A stretch of 64,000 nucleotides of DNA from Candidatus Freyarchaeum deiterrae (GTDB taxonomy: Archaea; Asgardarchaeota; Jordiarchaeia; Jordiarchaeales; Jordiarchaeaceae): assembly GCA_037305845.1 (NCBI GenBank), contig CP147778.1, forward strand, positions 1,664,001 to 1,728,000, written 5' to 3'. Of this stretch, positions 62,460 through 64,000 are shown in pieces (position 1 is the first letter of the stretch; every line of letters begins with the position of its first letter). The notes beneath the pieces are model-generated. The model saw nothing but the letters and a program-made list of their open reading frames with translations. It made no database searches and was not told the DNA's origin. The translations under genes and the position numbers were made by a program.

Positions 62460-64000
62460 TTAAATCAAAAGAACCTGAGCCAGAATCCATGCTATTTGAG
62501 CAACTCCGTCCCCGGTGGCTATTCCCGCTAATACATTCTGGTACTTTGTTTCCTCTTTGAAATATTTGGCCTGATCTGATTTATTCTTTCGGTAGACGAA
62601 ATAATTCAGAAGTCCTCCTAAAAATATTGTGGCGCCATAAGCTGGAGTTATCAATAAACCTACTGCGAGGGATATAGACGACCAGTTATACCTCGCTAAA
62701 ACTAATCCAATCGCAAATCCCGCAGCACCGAATATTAACCAACCGTATCCTTGGGGGTATGCTCCCACAAACCAGCTTTGTAAATAAAAGGGTTTAAAAT
62801 AATCAGAAATCTGTGGACTAATAAATTTAAGATTATTCGGAAGAAGTTGATTAACCACAAAATTTATCGGATCAGAAAATAGACCGGCCAATCCAATACC
62901 GCCAGTAGCAGCAGCAGCAACTCCTGCCAAGCGACTAAGCCAAGACAAAGAACTATTTGCTTCCATTAATGCCACGTATATAAGCCCTGAAATTTGTGCT
63001 GATGGTGCCGGAAAAGTTACGGTGCCGAACCCTCCCCATGCGTAGAGTCCCATTATGATGAATGCTGAAACGAAGGCGCCGAAAACTATTCCCACAAGCA
63101 TTGATTTCGTGACTACTCTGTCCTTAACCTTAATGACGCGGCCTACCTTAACCCTTGCGACATAATTCGCAGTTGATTGTTGCCATGTGCTGAGGATTGT
63201 TGTGAAAATGATGATGCTTGGAAAGTTTACTAATAGCAGAATTGCGGGTACGACGAGGCCATCTGTTAAATAGTTAGCCACGTAGCCAGCTTCACCAGAA
63301 GCAACTGTAAACACCCACGCTGATAAGGCAAGTAAGGGGGAGCCGGCCAAAGTTAGATACCAAGGAATGTCGAGAATCTTATATCCCCAAATATTTCGGC
63401 TTATTGGGTTATTTGTGTTAAATATTAGTATTGTGCCTATTGCAAAGATTGCTACGGATAAAATCATTATGTAAAATTTTTTCCCTTTTACACTCTCTCT
63501 GAAATTGGCTATGCCAACGCTAATTGATTGTTTACTTTTGGCAAATCTACTTATTTTTTCTGCTGCAAGGTATGGCGCGGCTTGTTCTGCATCGATTTTC
63601 CCTTCGGCTGCTTCTTTGATTACTTGGTCGCGGAGTTCCCGCATTTTTTTCTGGTCTTCATATCGCTTTAAGGCATATTTTAAGACAACTTCCCAAACTA
63701 CGAAGGATGCTATAACACCCAAGGCGGCGTAATAAAGCATGGGCAACCCTATATGGGTTCCATAATTTGCTAGCGAGCTTTGTCCCTCCCAAATAACCCA
63801 CACAATAATAGACCAGACAGACCCCGCGAAAAGTATTAGGGTTCTTTTCCATCCCATAAAGTAACCTACAGCAAATACAAGCGGCTGGTTTATAATTCCC
63901 AAAAAGTTAGGCAACCGGCTGCTGGTCGAATACGTCCAGAGTGTCTGCTGATCGGGTGTTAGGGTGGTTAACCAAAACTGTTTAAATGTAGTCATCCAGC
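62460..64000 (-). CDS. OPT-family oligopeptide transporter-like membrane protein (5' end outside the window)
   Basis: Many transmembrane helices; FPAPSA, AVGLL and LAGIATGDG resemble the OPT C-terminal half. Confidence 0.65.
   Translation of the reverse strand, partial: WMTTFKQFWLTTLTPDQQTLWTYSTSSRLPNFLGIINQPLVFAVGYFMGWKRTLILFAGSVWSIIVWVIWEGQSSLANYGTHIGLPMLYYAALGVIASFVVWEVVLKYALKRYEDQKKMRELRDQVIKEAAEGKIDAEQAAPYLAAEKISRFAKSKQSISVGIANFRESVKGKKFYIMILSVAIFAIGTILIFNTNNPISRNIWGYKILDIPWYLTLAGSPLLALSAWVFTVASGEAGYVANYLTDGLVVPAILLLVNFPSIIIFTTILSTWQQSTANYVARVKVGRVIKVKDRVVTKSMLVGIVFGAFVSAFIIMGLYAWGGFGTVTFPAPSAQISGLIYVALMEANSSLSWLSRLAGVAAAATGGIGLAGLFSDPINFVVNQLLPNNLKFISPQISDYFKPFYLQSWFVGAYPQGYGWLIFGAAGFAIGLVLARYNWSSISLAVGLLITPAYGATIFLGGLLNYFVYRKNKSDQAKYFKEETKYQNVLAGIATGDGVAQIAWILAQVLLI

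Noticed and set aside
1-64000. CRISPR arrays, transposases, integrases, rRNA genes; many short antisense ORFs
   Set aside because: None of the former was seen; the antisense ORFs are shadows of well-supported genes

Overview
Core-genome window of an archaeon, probably Asgard (inferred from Arf-like and Rab-like small GTPases among archaeal housekeeping genes). It holds about 60 housekeeping CDSs, including the TFS-PCNA-PriL-PriS-GINS-L44e-S27e-aIF2alpha cluster, AglB, EF-1alpha, two divergent Orc1/Cdc6, PAN, TFE, TiaS, SRP54, GatCAB, aRF1 and ValRS. It also holds five tRNA genes, SRP RNA and RNase P RNA. No mobile element or CRISPR array was seen. The main discovery is that bulge-helix-bulge (BHB) introns extend beyond tRNAs. 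All five tRNAs are interrupted (10 introns). Three non-tRNA genes also carry short BHB-flanked inserts: SRP RNA (32 nt, at the helix 8 tetraloop), RNase P RNA (23 nt, in CR-II) and the moaE mRNA (25 nt, causing a premature stop). In all three, excision at the canonical BHB positions restores the conserved sequence exactly. An unexplained pair of structured, mutually complementary ncRNA-like segments lies at 46787-47200. All structures were derived by hand; no searches or folding programs were run.
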